NCBI GenBank assembly: GCA_040882655.1
Contig: JBBEAV010000015.1
Coordinates: 48,672 to 112,671, forward strand
DNA from: Acidimicrobiales bacterium
GTDB taxonomy: Bacteria; Actinomycetota; Acidimicrobiia; Acidimicrobiales; Acidimicrobilacustridaceae
DNA: 64,000 bases
Direction: 5' to 3'
This document shows positions 1-8,614 of this stretch, piece by piece; position 1 is the first letter of the stretch, and each line of letters begins with the position of its first letter. The translations under genes were made by a program, and so were the position numbers. The notes below the pieces were generated by a model, which was given only the letters and a program-made list of their open reading frames with translations, had not been told where the DNA came from and made no database searches.

Positions 1-1291
1 CGAGTACAGCAAGAATGAACGTGGTGATGTAGATCGCTCGAAATCCACCGATTACTGATGCGGCGAGAGCAATGCTGATGCCCATTGTGGAACCTAGCAA
101 TGCGATCATCCGAAGCGTTGCCATACCGACCCCAAAATACTCGGGGCTCAGCGCTGCGCCACCGGCTGACGCAACTGCGGGTCGGACAAATCCGTTGGCA
201 ATTCCCTGCACGATCAATCCGAGAGTGACTATCCCCATTGCTGTTGCGTTATAACCCCAGAGGAAGAGGATCATTGACAGCGCCATTGAAGTAGTACCGA
301 TGAGCCCGCCGAGACGCTCGCCAAACCTTGCGGCCACGCGACCTCCGATAATGGCGCCGAAACACATGCCAAGTGGCAGAGGGAGCATGAGAAAGGCTGT
401 CTGCGCGATTGATTTATCGAAACGTTGTTGCAACAAAAGCGGAGCACTAAAAAACACGGCGTTACTTGAAGCTTGCGAAAGGAACTCCGAGATCGCTGGC
501 ATGGAGTAAGCCGGATTGGCAAGTAGTCCAGTGGGGAGGAGGGGGAACCTCGCATGTTTTTCAACTCGCACGAAGAGGAAAGCCAAGAGAGGCGCGGAAG
601 CAAGTAAAGCGAGTTGGATAGGTGAGGTCCAGCCCCATGAAGCCCCACGATCGAGATAAAGCAGGATCGAGCCCGTTGCCAACATGAGGGTGAGACCGCC
701 GGCTACATCGAATCCGATAGTTGTTCTGCGCTTCGTTTCATCGAGCCAACGCAGGCACAAGGGAAGAAAGAGCAGTGCCAGAACACCCTGCGCAATAAAC
801 ACGCCTCGCCAACTGATTGCTTCAACCATCGGCCCGCCGAATGCCAGGCCGAGTGCCGGCGCCGCCGCAGATACGAAGGCCCACATGCCAAGCGCCCGCG
901 GTCGGGCGTCAAGGGGAAATGTTTCCATGATGAGCGCTACTGCAGTGGGCGCAGTAGCGAAGCCGGCAGTCTGACTGATTGTTCTGAAGATGATGAGTGA
1001 AGTTGCGTCCCAGGAAAGTGCGGTAAGGATTGCCGCAGAACCGCACACGGCAAGGCCAATGAGAAAGACGCGGCGTTGACCTTTGAGGTCGCCGAGGCGA
1101 CCGAACGTGGGCAGCATGACAGCACCGATAAGCATGGGTAATGACAGCACCCAAGAAAGAGTTGAACGAGAGGCGTGCAGGTTGTCGCCTATCTCGGGTA
1201 GTGCAGCAACCAAGATGACCGCAGGCCAGCCCGACACAAAAACGCCGAGCATTGTTGCGAGGAGTACTCGCCGCTGTTTCCCCTTGTCCAC
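1..1291 (-). CDS. MFS transporter (DHA2/EmrB-like), truncated at window start
   Basis: Not in the ORF track because it runs off the edge. Manual translation from GTG 1291: MDKGKQRRVLLATMLGVFVSGWPAVILVAALPEIG...PTFGRLGDLKGQRRV (MFS motif A), followed by many hydrophobic segments. TAGTGT -10-like hexamer 6 nt upstream. Confidence 0.85.
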   Translation of the reverse strand, partial: MDKGKQRRVLLATMLGVFVSGWPAVILVAALPEIGDNLHASRSTLSWVLSLPMLIGAVMLPTFGRLGDLKGQRRVFLIGLAVCGSAAILTALSWDATSLIIFRTISQTAGFATAPTAVALIMETFPLDARPRALGMWAFVSAAAPALGLAFGGPMVEAISWRGVFIAQGVLALLFLPLCLRWLDETKRRTTIGFDVAGGLTLMLATGSILLYLDRGASWGWTSPIQLALLASAPLLAFLFVRVEKHARFPLLPTGLLANPAYSMPAISEFLSQASSNAVFFSAPLLLQQRFDKSIAQTAFLMLPLPLGMCFGAIIGGRVAARFGERLGGLIGTTSMALSMILFLWGYNATAMGIVTLGLIVQGIANGFVRPAVASAGGAALSPEYFGVGMATLRMIALLGSTMGISIALAASVIGGFRAIYITTFILAVL

Positions 1292-1369
1292 GGGACGACA
1301 CTACCGGTGAGGTTCGCGTGCGGTGGCGGCCATTGCGGCTACTAGCGTTTCTTGAACAGGAGGAGAACC

Positions 1370-2053
1370 GTGCCGTCACTCTCGACACTCGTCATCACTG
1401 CAGGACCCGGAATCGGAGACTCGCTCGCAAATCGACTCCGAGGTCGAGGTGATGAGGTGTTTCTAACTGATCCTGCGCTTGATCTCACCGATGCGGCAAC
1501 AGTCGGGGATTCGCTCCGATCACTTATTGGCAAAAAAAAGGTCGACAATGTGGTGCTCGCCGCTCTCAATCCTGCGGCATTTCAGGCATTGCCAATTACT
1601 GGTCTTTCTGAAGATCAGTGGGACGATGCTGCTGAGTGGTCAATGCGAGCCGCTTTTGTTTCACTGCAGCAAGTCCACGAAGTCATTACTGACGGCGGTC
1701 GTGTGATTGTGATTCTGCCGACTGTGGCTGCGACGGGGGTGGCTGACCTGGTTCCATTGTGCACTGCAGTTGAAGCGATTCGCGTCATGGCGAAAGCTGT
1801 TGCCCGTAGATGGGGAGCGCGTTCGATCACGGTGAACACGATCGAAGTTGAGTTGACGGCATTCATACTGGGCGATGCTGAGGCCAGCGATATCGAGTTG
1901 CCGGTGGTTCCCATTCTTGGTCAGCCCGCGCTGCCGCTTGGTTCCGCAGTTGACGATGTATTGGGTCTCTTCGATCTCTTGACTTCTCCGTCGGGTGGAG
2001 CGGTGACCGGTGCGTTGCTGGTTGCCGACCGCGGAACGGTGATGCAGCCATGA
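1370..2053 (+). CDS. SDR-fold protein with degenerate active site
   Basis: GTG start after AGGAG. Rossmann-like ITAGPGIG, ARRWG...ITVNTI, C-terminal VTGALLVADRG. The YxxxK position reads LCTAV. Confidence 0.75.
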   Translation: MPSLSTLVITAGPGIGDSLANRLRGRGDEVFLTDPALDLTDAATVGDSLRSLIGKKKVDNVVLAALNPAAFQALPITGLSEDQWDDAAEWSMRAAFVSLQQVHEVITDGGRVIVILPTVAATGVADLVPLCTAVEAIRVMAKAVARRWGARSITVNTIEVELTAFILGDAEASDIELPVVPILGQPALPLGSAVDDVLGLFDLLTSPSGGAVTGALLVADRGTVMQP

Positions 2054-2826
2054 CTGGACTTATCGGATTAATGGAAGGCCGTGTGGTTCTGGTGACCGGC
2101 GCTGGGGCAGGAGTCGGACGTGGGGTAGCGGCCGCATTTGCATCAGCGGGTGCGATCGTTGGAATTGGTGTGCGCCGACCAGAAGCTGCCTCTGAAACCG
2201 CCGAAGACGTTCGTGCTGCTGGGGGTATCCCGGTGGTATTGCAGTGCGATGTTACAGATGCAGTTCAGAGCAAAGCAGCGATTGAACAACTCGTCGCTGA
2301 TTACGGACGACTCGATGCTGTGGTGCATAACGCCGTGAGTGGCCGATCAAGTGAAGCAACTGATTTCGAAAACACAACCCTTGCCGAATGGGAAGACCAT
2401 GCTTCGGTCACCGTACGCGCAACCTGGCGGCTCGCCGTGCAGGCATATCCACATTTGAAAAAGTCACAAGGCGCGTATTTGTTGATGAGTTCGCCTGCGG
2501 GTATCGAAGGATCAGAACGAGCCCCGTTTTACAGTGCCGTGAAAGCGGCTCAGCGCGGTTTTGTGCGTGCCCTTGCACGCGAATGGGGCCCCGACCAGAT
2601 TCGGGTCAACAGTGTTGCTCCATTGGCGATTTCACCCGCACTTGAAAATATGAAGATTCTTGAACCTGAGCGCGTGAAACGTATCGAAGGGTTGGTGCCG
2701 TTGGGTCGGCTTGGCGATCCTGAAACCGATATCGGACCACCCTCAGTATTTTTATGCAGCGAAGAAGCTCGTTATGTCACCGGGCAGACGCTGGTCGTGA
2801 GCGGTGGTCGTTTTACCAGTCTTTAA
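2050..2826 (+). CDS. Short-chain dehydrogenase/reductase
   Basis: TGAGAGVG, HNA, YSAVK, IRVNSVAP, YVTGQTL. ATGA overlap with the upstream gene. Confidence 0.92.
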   Translation: MTGLIGLMEGRVVLVTGAGAGVGRGVAAAFASAGAIVGIGVRRPEAASETAEDVRAAGGIPVVLQCDVTDAVQSKAAIEQLVADYGRLDAVVHNAVSGRSSEATDFENTTLAEWEDHASVTVRATWRLAVQAYPHLKKSQGAYLLMSSPAGIEGSERAPFYSAVKAAQRGFVRALAREWGPDQIRVNSVAPLAISPALENMKILEPERVKRIEGLVPLGRLGDPETDIGPPSVFLCSEEARYVTGQTLVVSGGRFTSL

Positions 2827-2842
2827 AACGAGAGCGCTGGAG

Positions 2843-3697
2843 CTACCAGTTGGCCAGTCGAGTGCGGAGTTCTTCGTTATGCACAAAGACCGGAAGTTCT
2901 TCGCGATCGTTGTAGGCCGGTCGTACCGAGGTGCCCCCATCAACACAGAGCACTTGCCCAGTGACATAGGCCGACATATCAGACATCATGAATAACACGG
3001 CTTTGGCAATGTCCTCGCTCGTTCCCCGACGGCGCATGGGGATGACATCGAGATCGTTGCCATCGGTATCACCAGCTTTGCGCGTTGATGCACTTTTTGG
3101 CGTTGCAATAGAGCCGGGCGCAACTGCGTTCACCCGAATATTTCGGCTACCCCACTCGATAGCAAGTGAGCGGGTAAGAGAAAGAACCGCAGCTTTTGCA
3201 GCAGCATAAGCCGACCCATAGGGCATACCGGTTAACGCAGAGGTGGTGGCAATATTTACGAGTGTTCCGCCATTGCCTTGCTCGACTAGGCGACGGCCAA
3301 CAGAACGAACGGTGTTGACAGTGGAACCGAAGTTCAACGCCATGACATCATCAAAGGCCAGATCATCACTTGCGAATGGCGCCCACTGCGGCGGCCACAT
3401 ACCGCCAGCCACCTGCACCGAACCTCGCAATGGTGCCAGTTCGCAGGCATGATCGACAGCGCCAGCAATTGCATCTTTGTCGCGACCGTCGGCGATGAGG
3501 CCAATATGCGTTATGCCGTCAGCAAGAAGGGCGTCGGTGCAAACCTTCAACTTTTCGCTATCAATGTCCACAGCAACGATCGATGCGCCGGCGTGGCCTA
3601 AGAAGCGACTGATCGAGGTTCCGATTCCGCCGCCTCCGGCACCCATGACAACAATGGAAAGACCGTTAAGGCCCCAAGGGCTGGTGAGCTCAGACAT
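2843..3697 (-). CDS. Short-chain dehydrogenase/reductase
   Basis: GAGGGGIG, YAAAK, IRVNAVAPG, YVTGQVLCVDGG. Start moved to ATG 3697 (MSELTSPW), which overlaps the upstream SDR stop. Confidence 0.9.
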   Translation of the reverse strand: MSELTSPWGLNGLSIVVMGAGGGGIGTSISRFLGHAGASIVAVDIDSEKLKVCTDALLADGITHIGLIADGRDKDAIAGAVDHACELAPLRGSVQVAGGMWPPQWAPFASDDLAFDDVMALNFGSTVNTVRSVGRRLVEQGNGGTLVNIATTSALTGMPYGSAYAAAKAAVLSLTRSLAIEWGSRNIRVNAVAPGSIATPKSASTRKAGDTDGNDLDVIPMRRRGTSEDIAKAVLFMMSDMSAYVTGQVLCVDGGTSVRPAYNDREELPVFVHNEELRTRLANW

Positions 3698-4526
3698 CGT
3701 GGTTGGCCTCGTGGTGGGGGCGGGTTGCATCTGGGCGGTGCCAACCGCCGCCGGCCCAGTTGCCCCCGTCGACGTGGATTGAAGTGCCCGTGATGAATCG
3801 AGAGAGATCTGAAGCGAGGAAGAGTGCTGCTGCGGCTGTGTCTTCGGTTGTGCCGTAATAGCCAAGCGGGGGAAGAAAGGCCGGAAGGAATTCAGGATCA
3901 GAATCGAGCATCGCCATTTGGAGTTGTTTCTCGACCTCGGATGGTTGTGCGTCGGGGGAGATGGAGTTGACGCGAATGCGCTGCGTACCAAACTCGAGGG
4001 CAAGAGATTTCGAGAGACTTTCAAGTGCAGTTTTCATTGCGGCGTAGATAGCAAATCCGGGACCGGCTTGGTGGGCTTCGATTGAGGTGATGTTGATGAT
4101 TGAGCCGCCGCTGGTCATGAGTGGTGCCACTCGACGAGTGAAGTGAGTGACCTGAGTGAAGTTCTCGGCGATGAGTGAGGCCTCGCCCTTGGGGTTGACG
4201 TCGAGGAATGGCGAGACAAAGGTGCCACCGGCGTTATTAACAAGAACATCGACACGCCCGTGCGTAGCGGCAATTGACTCGACGAAAACATCGACGGCTT
4301 CAGCATCACGAACATCAAGAACGGCAGAGATCACAGGGCGGCCGAGTGCCTTGATTTGTGCAGCAACGTCAGCAAGAAGTTCCTCTTGCCGGTCGCAGAT
4401 CGCCACAGTTGCCCCGCATCGGGCAAATAGCAGGGCGGTGTCGCGACCGATGCCTTCTGCAGCGCCAGTGATGATGGTGATGCGGTCAGTCAAGAGAATT
4501 GATCGTTCGTCGAAAAGGTGAGCCAT
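3690..4526 (-). CDS. Short-chain dehydrogenase/reductase
   Basis: TGAAEGIG, NNAGG, YAAMK, ITGTSIHVDGG. Start set at ATG 4526 (MAHLFD). Confidence 0.9.
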   Translation of the reverse strand: MAHLFDERSILLTDRITIITGAAEGIGRDTALLFARCGATVAICDRQEELLADVAAQIKALGRPVISAVLDVRDAEAVDVFVESIAATHGRVDVLVNNAGGTFVSPFLDVNPKGEASLIAENFTQVTHFTRRVAPLMTSGGSIINITSIEAHQAGPGFAIYAAMKTALESLSKSLALEFGTQRIRVNSISPDAQPSEVEKQLQMAMLDSDPEFLPAFLPPLGYYGTTEDTAAAALFLASDLSRFITGTSIHVDGGNWAGGGWHRPDATRPHHEANHDV

Positions 4527-4563
4527 GGCCTCACTCTCGCACATCTGCTGTATCAGTGAAGAC

Positions 4564-5697
4564 TTAGGTGCGGGCAGACCCAACCGGGCGGCGCCAACGC
4601 AACATAGTTGCCCATGCGACCCACGCCAACGCACCTAATGGGATTTCAAGCAGGTAGACAAAGCCTCGAAAGAGGAAAACTGCGGCGGTTGCTGCGTTTT
4701 CGGCTCCACCGAAACTGATGAGAGCAGATGCAGTTCCGACTTCAACAAATCCAACGCCGCCGGGTGTAAGGGGAATTGTTTCAAGAAGGCGGGCGAAAGC
4801 GAATGCTGCGAATGCTTCGGTAAGTGTGATTCCATCGATGCCGACTGCACGGATACACGCAAAGAGAAGCAGAAACTGAGTGAGGTTAAAAAGAAAAATC
4901 CACAACGTAATGAATAGCCAATGTTCTTTGACGAGGCCGATGCTTTGACGGCGGAAAGAAAGAATCGCTGTAGCGATATCGGGTGGGTTGTCGTGGTGGG
5001 CGATACGGCAAATCCAGCCAACAATTGATTGGCCGATTCGGCCGATTTGTAAGGCAAGTCGTTCGCTTCTCACTATGAGACCAAGAATGACTACAGCAGA
5101 AACAAGGATGATGAGGCCGAGGACTGCGGGGAGGATCAGTTTGCCGGTTGTGTCTCTAGCGAGCAAAAGAAGGATCACAGCAAGGAGAGGCATCGCCAAT
5201 TTCGCGAGGACGTTCCAGATTCCCGAAACTAAAATCGAAAGCGTGATTGCCGGGGCTTTAAATCCCCACGACATGTTTATGGCGTAGGTAGCGCCTGCGC
5301 CGACGGCACCACCGAAGGGGAGCAAATTTGATACCGCACTACCGGCGAGATTCACGCACAGGGCCTGCATGTGTTTGAGCCCAGGAAGGGTGTTTGTGAG
5401 GACACCGGTATAAGCCAACATCCCTAGAATCCACACGACGAAGAGTCCGGTAATCTCTAGGGACGAAAGTTTGCCCATTTCAGCCCAAACATTGGCGTAA
5501 TCAGCTCCGGTAATTTTCGGGATCACAAAGACGAAAATTACGAGAACAAGCACCAAAGAAAAACCTATTTCGGCTATTTGACGAGTCGCAGATTTTTTTT
5601 GAATCTCACGGCTAACAGCAGCAATGGCGTTGGTTGTTTCATCAGGTGGAAGATCCCGAAGCGCGTCAGGAAGTTCCTCGTTCGGGGCGTCGGTCAT
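4564..5697 (-). CDS. Lysylphosphatidylglycerol-synthase TM / YbhN-like (flippase-like) membrane protein
   Basis: About 8 TM segments with SNLLPFGGAVG, IPLTPGGVGFVE and AAVFLFR motifs typical of the LPG_synthase_TM family. Confidence 0.8.
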   Translation of the reverse strand: MTDAPNEELPDALRDLPPDETTNAIAAVSREIQKKSATRQIAEIGFSLVLVLVIFVFVIPKITGADYANVWAEMGKLSSLEITGLFVVWILGMLAYTGVLTNTLPGLKHMQALCVNLAGSAVSNLLPFGGAVGAGATYAINMSWGFKAPAITLSILVSGIWNVLAKLAMPLLAVILLLLARDTTGKLILPAVLGLIILVSAVVILGLIVRSERLALQIGRIGQSIVGWICRIAHHDNPPDIATAILSFRRQSIGLVKEHWLFITLWIFLFNLTQFLLLFACIRAVGIDGITLTEAFAAFAFARLLETIPLTPGGVGFVEVGTASALISFGGAENAATAAVFLFRGFVYLLEIPLGALAWVAWATMLRWRRPVGSART

Positions 5698-6527
5698 TTA
5701 TCAACGGGCAAGAAGAGATCTGGGAACATTCCAGCAACAATAGGGCCTGATGTGTTTGAGAAAATGAACCATTCAATGCTGAACGCGAGCGCAAATATCT
5801 CATCAGGTAGATCAAGAAATACGGCCAGAGTTCGAACCGTGTCAACTGCGCCGGTAGCTTGCGTGGCATGAGCGGCCATTGATGCCCTTCGCTCCCTCAG
5901 CACTGAACTGACGTCGACCGTATGGGTGATTTCGGCATGCGGTGTGTACCAACTTGAGAGATCAACAGGTACGAAACCCGGGGGAATTTCGAGCCCCATA
6001 CTTTTAGCGAGTTCGATTCCACCGGAGAGAAATTCCCGATCGATCGTTGCTTGCGCAAGTAAAATATTGGTCTGGTGCGCAGCGGCCCAGGCCACCTTGT
6101 GAACCTGGACATGGTCGGGGTGCCCATAGCCCCCGTTGCGATCATCAGTAATGAGGAGTCCGGCATGCTCCTCGATCAGAATTTTGGCGAGTGCGAGAGC
6201 GGCACTGTCAACGGTCGCGGCGCAGAATGTGTTGACGGGCCAGGTTCCATCTGGGTCGGGGGCGTGGCCCGAATCCAGATAATCGAGGAATGCCACGCGG
6301 GCAACACCAAGAGCAGCCCCGGAGGCCTGAGCCTCAGCGGCGCGCCTTTCGGCAAGCGCCTCGCTGGCACTGAGTACACCGGCACCGACGTCACCAGCGC
6401 CACCTTTTGTGGCGAACACAAGAACGACACGGTGTCCGGCCTGAACCGCCCGGGCGAGGGTGCCGGCATCAAGGAGGGCTTCGTCATCTGGATGGGCATG
6501 AAAGACGACGAGAGTCGCAGGTGACAT
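5694..6527 (-). CDS. PIG-L family N-acetylglucosaminyl de-N-acetylase (MshB/Mca/LmbE-like)
   Basis: HAHPDDE, GYGHPDH and AHATQ motifs. ATGA overlap with the flippase-like gene. Confidence 0.9.
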   Translation of the reverse strand: MSPATLVVFHAHPDDEALLDAGTLARAVQAGHRVVLVFATKGGAGDVGAGVLSASEALAERRAAEAQASGAALGVARVAFLDYLDSGHAPDPDGTWPVNTFCAATVDSAALALAKILIEEHAGLLITDDRNGGYGHPDHVQVHKVAWAAAHQTNILLAQATIDREFLSGGIELAKSMGLEIPPGFVPVDLSSWYTPHAEITHTVDVSSVLRERRASMAAHATQATGAVDTVRTLAVFLDLPDEIFALAFSIEWFIFSNTSGPIVAGMFPDLFLPVDK

Positions 6528-6593
6528 GGCGACATTCTTACAGAGCCGCAGTGGGTACTACCGTAATTCTCGTCCATCGTTTTGAGGAGTCGC

Positions 6594-7742
6594 ATGACCG
6601 GCACGGGTGAGAACGCGCAGTCGTCGCCCACTCAACTCAAGATCGCTTTGATCTCAGATTGTTATGTACCCCGTCTTGGTGGAATCGAAATGCAGGTGCA
6701 CGATCTCGCTCGTCAACTCCAGCGAGCCGGCAACGATGTCGTTGTCCTCACCACAACCCCAGGCCCGGCAGCTATAGATGGAGTGCGAGTGCATCGGATT
6801 GACGTACCGTTACTCCCGTTCGATATCCCTTTCACTCGCAAAGCATTCCGTGAGGTCACTCGTTTGCTGGTTGAAGAAAACGTTGATGTTGCCCACTTTC
6901 ATGGAGGAGTTGTCAGCCCGCTTTCTTATCTCGGAGCCCGCGCAGCGCAGAAAGCTGGAATCCCGACTGTGATCACAGTGCATTGCATCTGGAGTTACGC
7001 GACTCCGCTTTTTCTTGGTTTTAACTTGATCACCAGATGGGGGAAATGGCCGGTCGTTCTCTCGGCCGTGAGCGAGGTGGCGGTTGGCCCAATTCGGAAG
7101 ATGGCGGGGAAGGGAAGCCAGGTCGTGGTTCTTCCAAACGGGATCGAAAATGCAATTTGGAGCGTGGTTCCTGTTGAGCACGATCAATCGGTTGTCACGC
7201 TTGTCTCGGTGATGCGACTCGCTCCCCGAAAGCGTCCGATGCAACTACTACGTATGGTCGAGCAAGTCGTAGAGCAGTTACCGGCCGGCCAAAAAATTGA
7301 ACTGGTCATCATTGGCGATGGTCCCAAATTATCTCAACTTGAAAAATTTGTCCGCTCGCACGGCCTCAACGATGTTGTGAAGTTGGTTGGTCGGCGGACA
7401 CGCGAAGAAATCCGAGACATCTTTGCGCGTTCAGACGTCTTCGTTGCTCCAGCAAACCTTGAGTCTTTTGGTATTGCTGCGCTTGAAGCGAGATGTGCAG
7501 GGTTGCCCGTGGTTGCGAAATCGCAGACGGGTATACGCGAGTTTGTTCGTCATGGGCAGGAAGGACTGCTTGCCGACTCCGACGCAGACATGGTTATGCA
7601 ACTCACAAAAATTGTGAGCGACGAAACTTTACGCAGCCGCATGGCAGCGCATAATCGGTCCACTCCCTCGCCGGTCGATTGGTCAGATGTAGTGCAGCGA
7701 AATATCGATGCCTACCGACTGGCAATGAGTCTGCGAGCATAA
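6594..7742 (+). CDS. Glycosyltransferase family 4 (GT-B, PIG-A/PimA-like)
   Basis: SDCYVPRLGGIEMQV, VLPNGI, RLAPRK, ESFGIAALEA (EX7E). ATG 6594 follows GAGGAG. Confidence 0.9.
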   Translation: MTGTGENAQSSPTQLKIALISDCYVPRLGGIEMQVHDLARQLQRAGNDVVVLTTTPGPAAIDGVRVHRIDVPLLPFDIPFTRKAFREVTRLLVEENVDVAHFHGGVVSPLSYLGARAAQKAGIPTVITVHCIWSYATPLFLGFNLITRWGKWPVVLSAVSEVAVGPIRKMAGKGSQVVVLPNGIENAIWSVVPVEHDQSVVTLVSVMRLAPRKRPMQLLRMVEQVVEQLPAGQKIELVIIGDGPKLSQLEKFVRSHGLNDVVKLVGRRTREEIRDIFARSDVFVAPANLESFGIAALEARCAGLPVVAKSQTGIREFVRHGQEGLLADSDADMVMQLTKIVSDETLRSRMAAHNRSTPSPVDWSDVVQRNIDAYRLAMSLRA

Positions 7743-7759
7743 AATTTGTAGGCGTTCAT

Positions 7760-8614
7760 TCAGCGGGTGACGGCATTTGTAGCGTTGGTAACCGGAGTGC
7801 CGCGCCCTGAGCGAGTGAATCGACGGGCAACCAAATAGGCGAAGGTGAAGACTGCAAACCCGGCGACAGCATCGAGTACGAAGTGGTTCCCGGTGATGAT
7901 GACGAAATAGACCGTGAGCACGGGATAGAGGATGACAAGGGTTTTTGACCACCAAGACTTCATACGTGGCAGCAGAGCGATGAGAGTCCAAAATGCCCAC
8001 CCGCAATGCAAGGAAGGCATAGCCGCAAACTGGTTGGAGATGGTCTTCATAACTTCATTATTGAAAGACCAAAAAGTTGGATACTCGACAAGAGTGTCGA
8101 CAAAACCGAACCACTTTCCAGCGTTGAGGCCTTGTAAAAGAATTGTGTCATCAAGAAGTCGGGGTGGCATCAAGGGGAAAAAGGCGAAGCCGATGAGTCC
8201 GCAGAGAGTCCCGATCATGAGTGTGTTTCGGAAGAGCGGATACGTGTCGGGAAACTTTCGGTATAAGAATCCAAGAGTAAAAAGTGTGGCAGCGATGTAC
8301 ATGGAGCCGTAAAAGTAATTCGCGAAAATGATGAGAGGCGTGAAATTCAGCGCCCAGTTTTGCATTGCTTGTTCATGCCAGATCCCAAGAAGGCGTTGCC
8401 AATCGATGATTTTCAACGCATTTTCGTAGGCCTTGTCAGGCTTTCCCGCAGAGAGGTTACGAACGGTCTCGTAGACAGCATTAACGGCGAGCACAATCAA
8501 CACTTCACGCCACCAAAAGAGTTTCTTCCCGTCGGAAAGGGTACGCCCCGCCAAGAGATTCTTCTTTGGCGGGCCCATCGGTATGGAACCGCTGTCAAGG
8601 CTTGTGTCCGTCAT
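7760..8614 (-). CDS. PAP2 superfamily, inositol-phosphorylceramide-synthase/AUR1-like membrane phosphotransferase or phosphatase
   Basis: FPLMPPRL, AAMPSLHCGWA and TGNHFVLDAVAG motifs; about 6 TM segments. Confidence 0.85.
   Translation of the reverse strand: MTDTSLDSGSIPMGPPKKNLLAGRTLSDGKKLFWWREVLIVLAVNAVYETVRNLSAGKPDKAYENALKIIDWQRLLGIWHEQAMQNWALNFTPLIIFANYFYGSMYIAATLFTLGFLYRKFPDTYPLFRNTLMIGTLCGLIGFAFFPLMPPRLLDDTILLQGLNAGKWFGFVDTLVEYPTFWSFNNEVMKTISNQFAAMPSLHCGWAFWTLIALLPRMKSWWSKTLVILYPVLTVYFVIITGNHFVLDAVAGFAVFTFAYLVARRFTRSGRGTPVTNATNAVTR

Noticed and set aside
3698-4024. Long N-terminal extensions in the ORF track (this SDR; also nuoE from 49524, nuoM from 59194, subunit IV from 42987)
   Set aside because: They overlap the upstream genes, and coupled or RBS-supported internal starts fit better.
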